Shown piece after piece: positions 45,786 to 55,478 of a stretch of DNA of 64,000 bases. The notes under the pieces were generated by a model. That model saw only the letters and a list, made by a program, of their open reading frames with translations, was not told where the DNA came from and searched no databases. The position numbers and the translations under genes are program-made. Origin of the DNA: an uncultured Alphaproteobacteria bacterium (GTDB taxonomy: Bacteria; Pseudomonadota; Alphaproteobacteria; Methylaequorales; Methylaequoraceae); NCBI GenBank assembly GCA_902526865.1, contig CABZMK010000002.1:17534-81533 (forward strand), read 5' to 3'. Every line of letters starts with the position of its first letter. Position 1 is the stretch's first letter.

Positions 45786-47523
45786 AGAGATGTCTGTAAA
45801 TTTTAGAGTTTTTTATTAAAGTGGAATGCTTTCCAACATCTACAACTTCACCATTATTGATGATAACTATTCTGTCGGCATCGATCACAGTTGATAATCT
45901 ATGAGCTATAATTAATGCCGTTTTGTTTGAAATTAGTTTATCCAAAGAATCTTGAATTTTTTTCTCTGACCTTGAATCTAATGAAGAAGTCGCTTCATCT
46001 AAAAGAAGGAATGGAGAGTTTCGAATAAAAGCACGCGCAATTGCAACCCTTTGTTTCTGTCCCCCAGAGAGCTTAGAACCGTTTTCACCAATTATTTCAT
46101 TAAATCCTTTAGGAAATTTTTTGATAAATTCTGTACAGTGAGATTTTTTACAAGCGTTTTGGAGATCTGCTTTTGAATATTTATTTGAGCCGTAACAGAT
46201 ATTATATTTGATCGTTTCATCAAATAAAACGATATCTTGACTAACTAACGAGAAATAGTTTCTTATAAAATTAAAACTTAAATTTTTAACATCAATTCCA
46301 CCAATTTCAATTTTACCTTTATATGGATCAAAAAATCTTGGTAGAAGATTTAAGAGAGTTGTTTTACCAGCACCAGAATACCCGACCAAAGCAACTCTTT
46401 CGCCATTATAGATTTCTAAATTAATATTTTTTAGAATTAGTTTTGTTGAATTAGGATATTTAAAAGAAATTTTTGATATATTAATATTATTTTTTTCCTT
46501 TAAATCTATCATATTGTCTTCTGGATGTTTTGTTTCTTTCATTAATGGCTTCTTATCCAAAATCTCAAAAACTCTTTCAGCTGAAGCCATCGCTATTTGT
46601 AGCGTTGCATTTAAACTTGCCAACGATTTGACGGGTTGATACGCCATTAGTAGAGCTGTTAGAAATGAAAAGAAAGTACCTGGGGTAGTTTGTCCCTGAA
46701 TAACTTGGCTTCCCCCAATAAATATTATTGCTCCAATAGCACACCCACTGATAATTTCCATCAAAGGCCTTGCTATTGAATTAACCTTTGTTGATTTATA
46801 TGTAAGGTTAAAAATATTTATTATTTCTTTATCGATTCTTTTTGATTCAAAGTTTTCGGAACCAAACGCCTTTATTGTTTTTATTGCAGAAAAAGATTCT
46901 GACAATTTTGAAGTAAGTATCCCAAATCCTACTTGAGTGCTTTTAGAAATTTTTCTTAATCTTTTACCTATTCTTCTAATAGGATAGATAGCTACAGGAA
47001 AAACAAAAAGAGCTAAAAAAGCAAGTTTTGTGTCATGATAGAACATAACGCCAATTAAAAAAACAAATGTAAATGAATCTTTAATTATATTTATTATGAC
47101 ATTGTGAACTCCTCTCGATAGAGCACCTACATCTGCGATAAATCTTGATACCATCGTTCCGGAATTAATTTCGTTATGGAAGGACAAATCACATCTGATT
47201 GCTGTCCTAAACATTTGATTTTGTACATCTGCGACTAATCTATAACCAATAAAACTCATAAAAATTGATTGGATGTATGAAGCTATCCCTTTAAAAAACG
47301 CAATAGTTATTACAGCAATTGGAATAAGAACAATTAATTTTTTATTTTTGTTAATAAATATTTCATCAAGAACTGGTTGCATCATCCAAGCATTTAATGC
47401 AGTTGCACCTGCAACAACGATCATGCAAAAAATAGAGATAATTAATTTAGAGCGGTGTTTTCTTACATAATTTGCAAAAAGACGTTTCAGTAATCTGGTT
47501 GTGTTTTTATTTTTTACATTCAT
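45745..47523 (-). CDS. msbA: ABC transporter ATP-binding/permease protein, lipid A exporter MsbA-like
   Basis: Six transmembrane segments plus an NBD with GYSGAGKTTL, LSGGQKQRVAIARA and LLLDEATS. Located within the LPS cluster. Confidence 0.85.
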   Translation of the reverse strand: MNVKNKNTTRLLKRLFANYVRKHRSKLIISIFCMIVVAGATALNAWMMQPVLDEIFINKNKKLIVLIPIAVITIAFFKGIASYIQSIFMSFIGYRLVADVQNQMFRTAIRCDLSFHNEINSGTMVSRFIADVGALSRGVHNVIINIIKDSFTFVFLIGVMFYHDTKLAFLALFVFPVAIYPIRRIGKRLRKISKSTQVGFGILTSKLSESFSAIKTIKAFGSENFESKRIDKEIINIFNLTYKSTKVNSIARPLMEIISGCAIGAIIFIGGSQVIQGQTTPGTFFSFLTALLMAYQPVKSLASLNATLQIAMASAERVFEILDKKPLMKETKHPEDNMIDLKEKNNINISKISFKYPNSTKLILKNINLEIYNGERVALVGYSGAGKTTLLNLLPRFFDPYKGKIEIGGIDVKNLSFNFIRNYFSLVSQDIVLFDETIKYNICYGSNKYSKADLQNACKKSHCTEFIKKFPKGFNEIIGENGSKLSGGQKQRVAIARAFIRNSPFLLLDEATSSLDSRSEKKIQDSLDKLISNKTALIIAHRLSTVIDADRIVIINNGEVVDVGKHSTLIKNSKIYRHLYDLQFKTKNEKNL

Positions 47524-48301
47524 TTAATTCAGTGCACAATTTTTCAATTAATATACTATTGCTAGCTAATACAGAATCTACCTGCATTTGACTGCTGTTA
47601 TAAATCATTTTATTTCCAGAAATATTTTTTAGATATCCACCTGCTTCTCTCAAAATCAAATCAGCTGCAGCAATATCCCAATCATTTTTTTTGGTAAAAC
47701 TTATCGCTACATCCATTGTACCTTTTGCAACTAAAGCAATTTTATACGCTATGGAACCCATTTTAATTGTATTGTCTTGATTAAAACATTCGTATTTCTT
47801 TAATTTCTGCGTTTCCGAGCTACTTATTCCATATTTTGAAGAATAAAGATCAATATTTTGATTTACTTTAATTTTTTTTTCATTGCAAAATGCACCTTTA
47901 TTTTTTACTGCTGAGAAAAGTTCTTTTGTTTCAGGGTTTAAGACTAAGCCCAAAACCGGTTCATTTTTTTTTATAAGAGCTACAGAGATTGTATATTCTG
48001 GTTTTTTGTTAATATAAGATCTTGTTCCATCAATTGGATCTACGCACCAAAAATAATCAGAGCTTAACCTCGAGCCGTCGTCAATGGTCTCTTCAGATAT
48101 CCAACCATAATTAGGTGTAGTTTTTTTAAAAGAAGATCTCAAAAAATCATCAATTTTTATATCCACGTCAGTAACTGGCTGATTTTCTGATTTGTACTTA
48201 ACCGTAATATTATTTTTGAGTGACATTGCAATTTTGCCTGCCTCTAAAATTACCTTTTTAGAGACATCCTCAAGAAAGGAGGGTAAAAATGGTTCAGACA
48301 A
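47507..48301 (-). CDS. Inositol monophosphatase family protein (possibly 3'(2'),5'-bisphosphate nucleotidase CysQ)
   Basis: Contains WCVDPIDGT and WDIAAADLIL motifs. Confidence 0.8.
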   Translation of the reverse strand: MSEPFLPSFLEDVSKKVILEAGKIAMSLKNNITVKYKSENQPVTDVDIKIDDFLRSSFKKTTPNYGWISEETIDDGSRLSSDYFWCVDPIDGTRSYINKKPEYTISVALIKKNEPVLGLVLNPETKELFSAVKNKGAFCNEKKIKVNQNIDLYSSKYGISSSETQKLKKYECFNQDNTIKMGSIAYKIALVAKGTMDVAISFTKKNDWDIAAADLILREAGGYLKNISGNKMIYNSSQMQVDSVLASNSILIEKLCTELNECKK

Positions 48302-49642
48302 TTATTTTCCACCAAGAGTTAAGTTTTCTACAAGGCATGAAGGTGCGTTTATTCCAAAATTAAATTCCAGGTCATTTGCTGGAATTAAAGACATAAATAT
48401 ATCTACAAGATTACCTGCAATAGTAATTTCTGAAACAGGATAACAAATTTCACCATTTTCAATCCAAAAACCTGATGCTCCTCTACTGTAGTCGCCATTA
48501 GAATAATTTATAGAACTCCCCATAAGTTCTGTTACGAGAAGACCTTTTTTTAGAGATTTTATCAAATCAAGTTTAGATACTTCTCCATTCTCCATATATA
48601 GATTAGAATAGGAAACAGATGGTATTGAGGAAGCAGATCTAGTGGCGTGACCCGATGGTTCATGTTTTATTTGCTTAGCTGATGCTAGAGAATTGAAGAA
48701 AAATTTTAAATATCCCTTTTCAATTAAAAATTTCTTTTTTGATTGAATGCCTTCACAATCTGAAATTTTCGATCTTAATTTCTTTGGCATTAATGGATCA
48801 TCAATTATAGAAATTCGATCATTAAAGACTTGGTTGTTCATTTTATCTTTCAGGAAGCTAATTCCTTTTACAATTGACTGGGCGTTACTGGCACTAAACA
48901 AATTTCTAAGTAGACTCGAAGAAACTTTTGAGTCAAATATTACATCTGACTTGCAAGTTTTTAATTTTCTAGAATTTAATTTTTTTATTGCATTTTGTGA
49001 AACTTCTTTTCCAATTTTTTCAAAATCACCTAATTCATTATAAAACACTTTAGATTTATAATCATATTCTCTTTCCATTGAATCCTTTGAACCTGCAAGA
49101 ACTGCAATTATAAAATCACTATGAGTTTTTTCCATCTCAATTTCAAGTCCATTTGACCCAAGAAGACAGATTGAATTTCTTGAATAAGCTATTTCAGCTC
49201 CTTCAGAATTTGTAATTTCTTTATTATCTAAAGCACTTTCTTCAAGTTTAATAACTTCTTTTTCAATTAAACTCATTTTCGGTTCATAAGTGTCACAAAT
49301 TTCTAATTTTTGAACTTCTTGCTTACTTACTTGTTTAATTTTATCTGATTCAGCTAAACCACAATACTGATTTTCAGGTACAACTTTTGCCATTTCGACT
49401 ACTTTTTCAGTTAGATTATAAACATTCTGTTTTTCTAGATTGGTTGTTGACACAATGGACTGCTTCTTATTAATAATTGCTCTGATCCCAATTTCATTAA
49501 TGGATGATTCTTCTTTTTTTTCAATTTTTCCAAGTCTAGAGGAACAACTTGATGTTTTTGATTTTGAAAAAAACACGTCAGCTTCATGACATCCCATCTT
49601 ACTCAGTCTGTTGAGAATCGTTTTTAGAAAATTCTTATCCAT
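48302..49642 (-). CDS. pmbA: Metalloprotease PmbA (TldE)
   Basis: Has PmbA/TldD fold length and the C-terminal segment GxxIENGE...ITIAGN. Abuts the downstream gene with a 0-nt spacer. Confidence 0.88.
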   Translation of the reverse strand: MDKNFLKTILNRLSKMGCHEADVFFSKSKTSSCSSRLGKIEKKEESSINEIGIRAIINKKQSIVSTTNLEKQNVYNLTEKVVEMAKVVPENQYCGLAESDKIKQVSKQEVQKLEICDTYEPKMSLIEKEVIKLEESALDNKEITNSEGAEIAYSRNSICLLGSNGLEIEMEKTHSDFIIAVLAGSKDSMEREYDYKSKVFYNELGDFEKIGKEVSQNAIKKLNSRKLKTCKSDVIFDSKVSSSLLRNLFSASNAQSIVKGISFLKDKMNNQVFNDRISIIDDPLMPKKLRSKISDCEGIQSKKKFLIEKGYLKFFFNSLASAKQIKHEPSGHATRSASSIPSVSYSNLYMENGEVSKLDLIKSLKKGLLVTELMGSSINYSNGDYSRGASGFWIENGEICYPVSEITIAGNLVDIFMSLIPANDLEFNFGINAPSCLVENLTLGGK

Positions 49643-49701
49643 AGAATCTTAATTTATATTTTAATTTGCTATAAATACAATATGAGAATAGTATTTTTTT
49701 T

Positions 49702-49887
49702 ATGAGTTACTTTGTCGTAGGTGGGCTTTATAAAAATACATCTTTCAATGAATTTGTAGATGATTCTAAAAAAGAAAGGTATGGGCCTTTCAAATCTTAT
49801 GAAGACGCAAAAAAATATTGGGAAAAAATTTCATGGGAAAACGTAGATGATTGTAATGTAAGATATATAATTCTACCTCACAGATAA
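49702..49887 (+). CDS. DUF4170 family small protein
   Basis: 61 aa. YFVVGGLY...GPFKSYEDAKKYW...NVDDCNVRYIILP matches my memory of the alphaproteobacterial DUF4170 signature. Confidence 0.55.
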   Translation: MSYFVVGGLYKNTSFNEFVDDSKKERYGPFKSYEDAKKYWEKISWENVDDCNVRYIILPHR

Positions 49888-50741
49888 TTCTGCAGCATTA
49901 TTAGAAAAGCAATAATCCCGCCAGTTTTAACATTTGATTTGAATATCTTATAAATTTCTATTCCATTTTCAAAATTTAAAAACTGTTTTATAAGCAACGA
50001 AAATACGATTAAACTTGAGAGAAAACTTAAAAAAGTATTAGTGTAAGTTACAAAAAAAAATATCGAAAAAAAAATTGAACTTATTATGTATATTAGAACT
50101 AACGATTTTCTTTTTTTTTCAAAGAGGATTGCCAAAGACTTTAGACCTATTTTTTTATCTCCTTTTATATCTTGAAAACCATAAACTGTGTCGTACGCTG
50201 TTGTAAGAAAAATGCCAGCAAAATATAAATACAATATTGAAAAATTAAAATTTTCGGTTTGACTCTGATATCCCACTAAAACACCCCAATTAAATGCTAA
50301 TCCTAAAATTATTTGAGGAAAATAGGTAAATCTTTTGAATAGAGGGTAGGTTAAAACTAAAGGCATAATCATAAAACTTAAAATTATTACATTTGTTTCA
50401 AATTGTAACAGAACAATCAAACCTAAAAGCAGTTGAAATACAGTAAATATTATTGATTCAAGGACATTTAACGAACCTGATGCAAGTGGTCTTTTTTTTG
50501 TCCTTTTGATTTTTCTATCAAAATCTCTATCAAAAATGTCATTAATACAGCAACCAGCTCCTCTCATCACAAACGAACCTAAAGTGAAAAGAATTAGGCT
50601 CTGGAGCAAACTAGCGTTAAGACTAGAATTCGATAAAGCTCCCCAATAACAGGGCCACATAAGCAGAAAAGCTCCTACGGGGTTATTATATCGTCCGAGA
50701 ATTAATAAATTCTTGCTTTTTTTTGTAATTTTTTTAAACAT
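49878..50741 (-). CDS. ubiA: 4-hydroxybenzoate polyprenyltransferase
   Basis: Contains NDIFDRDFDRKIKRTKKRPLASG. I prefer the ATG at 50741 (MFKKITKK...). The tracked start at 50774 is a TTG. Confidence 0.9.
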   Translation of the reverse strand: MFKKITKKSKNLLILGRYNNPVGAFLLMWPCYWGALSNSSLNASLLQSLILFTLGSFVMRGAGCCINDIFDRDFDRKIKRTKKRPLASGSLNVLESIIFTVFQLLLGLIVLLQFETNVIILSFMIMPLVLTYPLFKRFTYFPQIILGLAFNWGVLVGYQSQTENFNFSILYLYFAGIFLTTAYDTVYGFQDIKGDKKIGLKSLAILFEKKRKSLVLIYIISSIFFSIFFFVTYTNTFLSFLSSLIVFSLLIKQFLNFENGIEIYKIFKSNVKTGGIIAFLIMLQNYL

Positions 50742-50766
50742 TATGCTCAAATCTTCATATAAGGTT

Positions 50767-51471
50767 ATGCCCAAAATTAGAATATACTTTGAAAAAAAAA
50801 TTGTAAAAGATCATAAAATTTTACTTGATACAAAACAAATACATTATCTCAAAAATGTTATGCGAAAGAGAACTGGAGATTCTATAATTGCATTTAATTC
50901 AAATTATGAATGGGAGTGTAAGCTTGATTTAAATGTTGAAAAGTCGATAATACCTGTAAATTTAGTAAGGAAAAAAATTATTTTACCTGACATTTGGCTT
51001 TGTTTTGCTTTGATAAAAATTAAAAATATGAATAATCTTGTTGAAAAAATTTCTGAAATTGGAGTAAAGAAAATTGTACCTGTGTTTAGCGAGTTCTCTT
51101 CTAGAATCCAAATCAATATTAACAGATTTAAAAAAATATCAATTGAAGCAGTTGAGCAAAGTAATGCATTATCTTTACCTGAAATATCTCATCCTGTGTC
51201 CTTACCCGAGCTTCTTAGAGACTGGGATAACGAAAGGATTATTTTTTTGTGTGATGAAATAGGGGGAAATCAAATATTGAGTGCAAAAAAAATTATTAAA
51301 GAATACAAAAAATTTGCAATTTTTATCGGTCCAGTAGGTGGTTGGTCTTTTGCAGATAGGGAACATTTTAAGGATAAAAAAACTTACAAAATAAGTCTAG
51401 GAAAAAACATTTTAAAAGCTGACACGGCAGCTATATATTCTTTATCATGTGTAAGGGCCTTGTTAGAGTGA
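50767..51471 (+). CDS. rsmE: 16S rRNA (uracil1498-N3)-methyltransferase
   Basis: Contains MPKIRIYF and IGPVGGWS motifs. I prefer the ATG at 50767 over the tracked TTG at 50713, which lies inside ubiA. Confidence 0.85.
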   Translation: MPKIRIYFEKKIVKDHKILLDTKQIHYLKNVMRKRTGDSIIAFNSNYEWECKLDLNVEKSIIPVNLVRKKIILPDIWLCFALIKIKNMNNLVEKISEIGVKKIVPVFSEFSSRIQININRFKKISIEAVEQSNALSLPEISHPVSLPELLRDWDNERIIFLCDEIGGNQILSAKKIIKEYKKFAIFIGPVGGWSFADREHFKDKKTYKISLGKNILKADTAAIYSLSCVRALLE

Positions 51472-52805
51472 CAGACGTTTTAAGTAAAGAAAATTTAATA
51501 GCTAAACTGTCAAGCGGATGCAAGGTTAAAGAAGATTGGAGGATTGGAACCGAACATGAGAAATTTGGTTTTAAAAAAAAAGATCTCAGACCAATTACTT
51601 TCGACGACATTCAGAAAATATTTAGTGAATTATGTTCAAAATACAAATGGGATAAAATAATTGAAAACAAAAAAATAATCGGTCTTAAAAAAGACGCGAC
51701 CTCAATCACTTTGGAGCCAGGTGGACAAATAGAACTATCTGGAGCACCAGTTAAAAATTTATTTGAAACATGCAAAGAAGTAAATTTACATCAAGATGAG
51801 CTTAATGCTGTTTGCAGAAATTATGAAATCGAGTTTATGGGAATTGGGGTGCTTCCGAAATGGAAATTATCAAATCTAAAATTAATGCCAAAAAAAAGAT
51901 ACGAAATAATGAGTAAATATATGCCACTAGTTGGAGAAATGGGTTTAGATATGATGAAAAGGACAACCACCATTCAGGCCAATTTTGACTTTGCATCAGA
52001 GTCTGATATGAAAAAAAAGTTTAGAGTTGCTCAATCTATTCAGCCTGTAATAATTGCTTTATATGCAAATTCGCCATTTATTGAAGGAAAACTTACAGAA
52101 TTTCTTAGTTACAGATCTCATATATGGACTAAGACAGATAATGATAGGTGTGGGCTTCTGCCTTTTATTTATGAGGATGATTTTTCGTTTGAGAGATATG
52201 TTGACTATCTGCTTGATGTTCCAATGTATTTTATAGTTAGAAACAACAAGTATATTGATTTTTCTGGAAAAAATTTTAAACAATTTTTAGAAAAGAAAAT
52301 TAAATTAGATAAAGTAATAGAACCAGAAATGAAAGACTGGGAAATCCATTTAACTACTGTTTTTCCAGAAGTTAGACTGAAATCATTTATAGAACTTAGA
52401 GGTGCAGACGGAGGACCGTGGTCTCGAGTTTGTGCACTTCCTGCATTTTGGACAGGAATTTTATATGATGAAGAAATACTTGATCAAGTATCTAGTATTA
52501 TTAAATCTTGGAGCTATGATCAGGTTAAAAACTTCTATAAAGAAGTAAGAATTAATGGTTTTAATTCTTATACGCCTGATAGAGAAGAATTAAAAAATTT
52601 TTCAAAAAAAATTATTGATTTGTCTTCAATCGGACTTAAAAAAAGAAACATAGAAAATGCTGGCAAAACTGAGGATTATTTTTTGGAGCCATTGGTTGAA
52701 ATTATAAAATCCGGTGAATCACCTGCAGTGAAATGGAAAAAATTATATTTAAATCAATGGTCTAATAATATTGATATGTTATATACAAATAATTATTTTA
52801 AGTAA
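51447..52805 (+). CDS. gshA: Glutamate-cysteine ligase, plant/alphaproteobacterial type (GCS2 family)
   Basis: 452 aa with RIGTEHEKFGF and ITLEPGGQIELSG motifs. The start may be the GTG at 51468. Confidence 0.88.
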   Translation: MCKGLVRVTDVLSKENLIAKLSSGCKVKEDWRIGTEHEKFGFKKKDLRPITFDDIQKIFSELCSKYKWDKIIENKKIIGLKKDATSITLEPGGQIELSGAPVKNLFETCKEVNLHQDELNAVCRNYEIEFMGIGVLPKWKLSNLKLMPKKRYEIMSKYMPLVGEMGLDMMKRTTTIQANFDFASESDMKKKFRVAQSIQPVIIALYANSPFIEGKLTEFLSYRSHIWTKTDNDRCGLLPFIYEDDFSFERYVDYLLDVPMYFIVRNNKYIDFSGKNFKQFLEKKIKLDKVIEPEMKDWEIHLTTVFPEVRLKSFIELRGADGGPWSRVCALPAFWTGILYDEEILDQVSSIIKSWSYDQVKNFYKEVRINGFNSYTPDREELKNFSKKIIDLSSIGLKKRNIENAGKTEDYFLEPLVEIIKSGESPAVKWKKLYLNQWSNNIDMLYTNNYFK

Positions 52806-52808
52806 TTT

Positions 52809-53096
52809 ATGAATAAATCTGAGAAAATAAGAAATATAAGAATTAAAATAGACGAGATAGACCTTAAAATTCTCAACTTAATTTCTGAAAGAAAAGATCT
52901 AGTAACAGAAATTGTCAAATTTAAAAATAGAAATCAAATTATTGACCAAGAAAGAATTTCAAAGATGCTAGAAAGTTTAGATGCTGAAGCATCTAAGAGA
53001 GGGATACCACGAGCATTAGTAAGAAAGCTTTGGGAAGGTATGATTCAATCCTTTATCTCATATGAGGAAGAATTATTTGACAAATCAAAGAACTAG
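52809..53096 (+). CDS. Chorismate mutase (AroQ class, monofunctional)
   Basis: 95 aa. IRIKIDEIDLKILNLISERKDLVTEIVKFK is typical of the CM_2 domain. Confidence 0.8.
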   Translation: MNKSEKIRNIRIKIDEIDLKILNLISERKDLVTEIVKFKNRNQIIDQERISKMLESLDAEASKRGIPRALVRKLWEGMIQSFISYEEELFDKSKN

Positions 53097-54496
53097 ATTG
53101 TTCCTCCGACTGTTAAATTTCTAACTTTTAAGCTTGGTTGACCAACTCCAACAGGAACACTTTGACCCTCTTTGCCACAGGTTCCAATACCGTCATCCAA
53201 TTTTAAATTGTTAGCGACCATTGTAACTTCTTTGAGTATTTCAGGGCCATTACCTATTAAAGTAGCCCCTTTTAATGGACTACAAATTTTACCGTCTATT
53301 ATTTCATAAGCTTCTGATGCACTAAAAACAAATTTTCCAGACGTGATATCAACTTGTCCACCGCTAAATTGAGATGCGTAAATTCCTTTTTTTGTAGACT
53401 TTATAAGTTCATCATGTTCATATTTACCATTTAACATGTAGGTGTTTGTCATCCTTGGCATTGGTAAGTGAGAATAACTTTGACGTCTTCCGTTTCCAGT
53501 TGGACTTTGATTCATTAATCCCGCATTTAATCGGTCATGCATAAAACCTTTTAATATACCATTTTCAATTAACATTGTGTTTTGAGAGGGTGTACCTTCA
53601 TCATCAATAGTTAGAGACCCTCTTCTTTTGTTAATTGTACCATCATCCACGACTGAAACTTGATCAGAAGCAATCTTGTTTCCAACAAGATCAAAAAAAG
53701 CAGAGGTTTTTTTTCTATTAAAGTCGCCTTCAAGTCCGTGACCAATTGCTTCATGTAAAAGAATACCCGGCCAGCCAGGTCCAAGTATTACAATTTGTTC
53801 ACCAGCGGGTGTAGCTTTTGCTGATAATTTCACTATTGCTTGTTCGTAGGCTTTTTTTACTCCGTTTTTCCAATTACTTTCATTTAAAAGTTCATCGTAT
53901 AAATATCTGCCTCCCATTCCAAAAGAGCCTGTTTCTACTTTATCTTTTTTTTGAACTGTAATGTTAATATTCATTCTTACTAATGGTCTAGAGTCATAGA
54001 AAATATCTCCATTTTTAGTAATAACTTCTATATTTTGGTGATTACCGTTCAAACTTACTGAAACTTCTTTAACTCGTTCGTCAATTTCTCTTGCGAATGT
54101 ATTAACTTTATTAAGAAAATTAATTTTCTGAGTTAAAGTCACTTTATCAATAGGGTTCTCATTTGTGTAAAGAGATAAATTACTGCTTAAATTTTTGAAT
54201 TTAGGTGTATTGGGGTTTAATTTTTGTTGTTCTTTTACTGACCTTATTGCTTTTGAAAAAGCTTCGTCTGACAATTCTGTATTATGCGCGAAATTTACAG
54301 AATCATTATTTACTGTTCTCAGACCGAACCCTTTATCCTGGTCATAACTTGCGTTTTTAATTTTATTATCGTCAAAAAAAATATTTTCGGAGTAAACTTC
54401 TTCTACAAACAATTCTCCTTCGTCGAAATTATCCAATAATTCATTGACTGATGATTTTATTTTTTCTTCATTCCAATCTTTTTTTATAGTTTTCAT
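53093..54496 (-). CDS. tldD: Metalloprotease TldD
   Basis: Contains the zinc motif HEAIGHGLEGDF and a C-terminal GxC region. Confidence 0.95.
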   Translation of the reverse strand: MKTIKKDWNEEKIKSSVNELLDNFDEGELFVEEVYSENIFFDDNKIKNASYDQDKGFGLRTVNNDSVNFAHNTELSDEAFSKAIRSVKEQQKLNPNTPKFKNLSSNLSLYTNENPIDKVTLTQKINFLNKVNTFAREIDERVKEVSVSLNGNHQNIEVITKNGDIFYDSRPLVRMNINITVQKKDKVETGSFGMGGRYLYDELLNESNWKNGVKKAYEQAIVKLSAKATPAGEQIVILGPGWPGILLHEAIGHGLEGDFNRKKTSAFFDLVGNKIASDQVSVVDDGTINKRRGSLTIDDEGTPSQNTMLIENGILKGFMHDRLNAGLMNQSPTGNGRRQSYSHLPMPRMTNTYMLNGKYEHDELIKSTKKGIYASQFSGGQVDITSGKFVFSASEAYEIIDGKICSPLKGATLIGNGPEILKEVTMVANNLKLDDGIGTCGKEGQSVPVGVGQPSLKVRNLTVGGTI

Positions 54497-54633
54497 TTTA
54501 CCTCGATATATTAGATTAAATTTTAAATATATTAATGATTAAAAAAAAACACTAATATATATTATATGTAAAGAATTTTTATTAATTTTTAATGAATAAT
54601 TATTTGTTTTTTTCTAAATGATCATTATATTAA

Positions 54634-55464
54634 ATGAATATTAATATATGTGGAATTATGAAATTTTTTACTTTTTTAACATCTTTTCTTACAGCTAATC
54701 AAATTCTTGCGAAAGGTCAACCAACCGAATGGCAGTTGGGTTTTCAAGAAGCAGGTTCGCCTCTAATGCAACAATTAATCGATTTCCACGATTTTGTATT
54801 TTGGATAATAACCGCAATCACGGTATTTGTATTTCTGCTTTTAGCTTATGTTTGCGTTAGGTTTAGTGCAAAAAATAATAAAAAACCTTCGACAACAACC
54901 CACAATGCGACTTTAGAAATAGCATGGACGCTTATTCCTGTACTTCTCCTTGTTGTCATAGCTATTCCATCTTTTAGATTATTGTATAATCAAAACGATT
55001 TTACAAACATCGATATGACTATTAAAGCAACAGGCTACACATGGTGGTGGGGATATGAATATCCAGATCACGATGGAATTACATTTGACTCAGTTATCGT
55101 TGAAGAAGACGAACTTGAAGAAGGTCAACCCAGATTGCTAACAACTGACTACCAACTTGTGGTTCCAGTCAATAAAAACATTAAAATGCAGATTACAAGT
55201 GATCCATCCGGTGTTATACATTCTTGGGCTGTTCCTTCACTAGGTGTCAAGATGGATGCGATACCAGGTAGATTAAATGAAACTTACTTTAATATAAAAG
55301 AGCCTGGCATGTATTATGGGCAATGTTCTGAGTTGTGCGGTGTAGGACATGGGTTTATGCCAATCTCTATCAGAGCAGTCACAGAAGAAGAATTTGCTTC
55401 ATGGGTTGAAACGGCTAAAGAAGAATTCGCAAGCGATAACAACAATAATTATGCAAAAAAATAA
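54634..55464 (+). CDS. coxB: Cytochrome c oxidase (aa3) subunit II
   Basis: Has the CuA site HSWAVP...CSELCGVGHGFMP. The start is probably the ATG at 54658 (MKFFTFLTSFL signal peptide) rather than 54634. Confidence 0.93.
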   Translation: MNINICGIMKFFTFLTSFLTANQILAKGQPTEWQLGFQEAGSPLMQQLIDFHDFVFWIITAITVFVFLLLAYVCVRFSAKNNKKPSTTTHNATLEIAWTLIPVLLLVVIAIPSFRLLYNQNDFTNIDMTIKATGYTWWWGYEYPDHDGITFDSVIVEEDELEEGQPRLLTTDYQLVVPVNKNIKMQITSDPSGVIHSWAVPSLGVKMDAIPGRLNETYFNIKEPGMYYGQCSELCGVGHGFMPISIRAVTEEEFASWVETAKEEFASDNNNNYAKK

Positions 55465-55478
55465 GAAAGGTCTAAATT

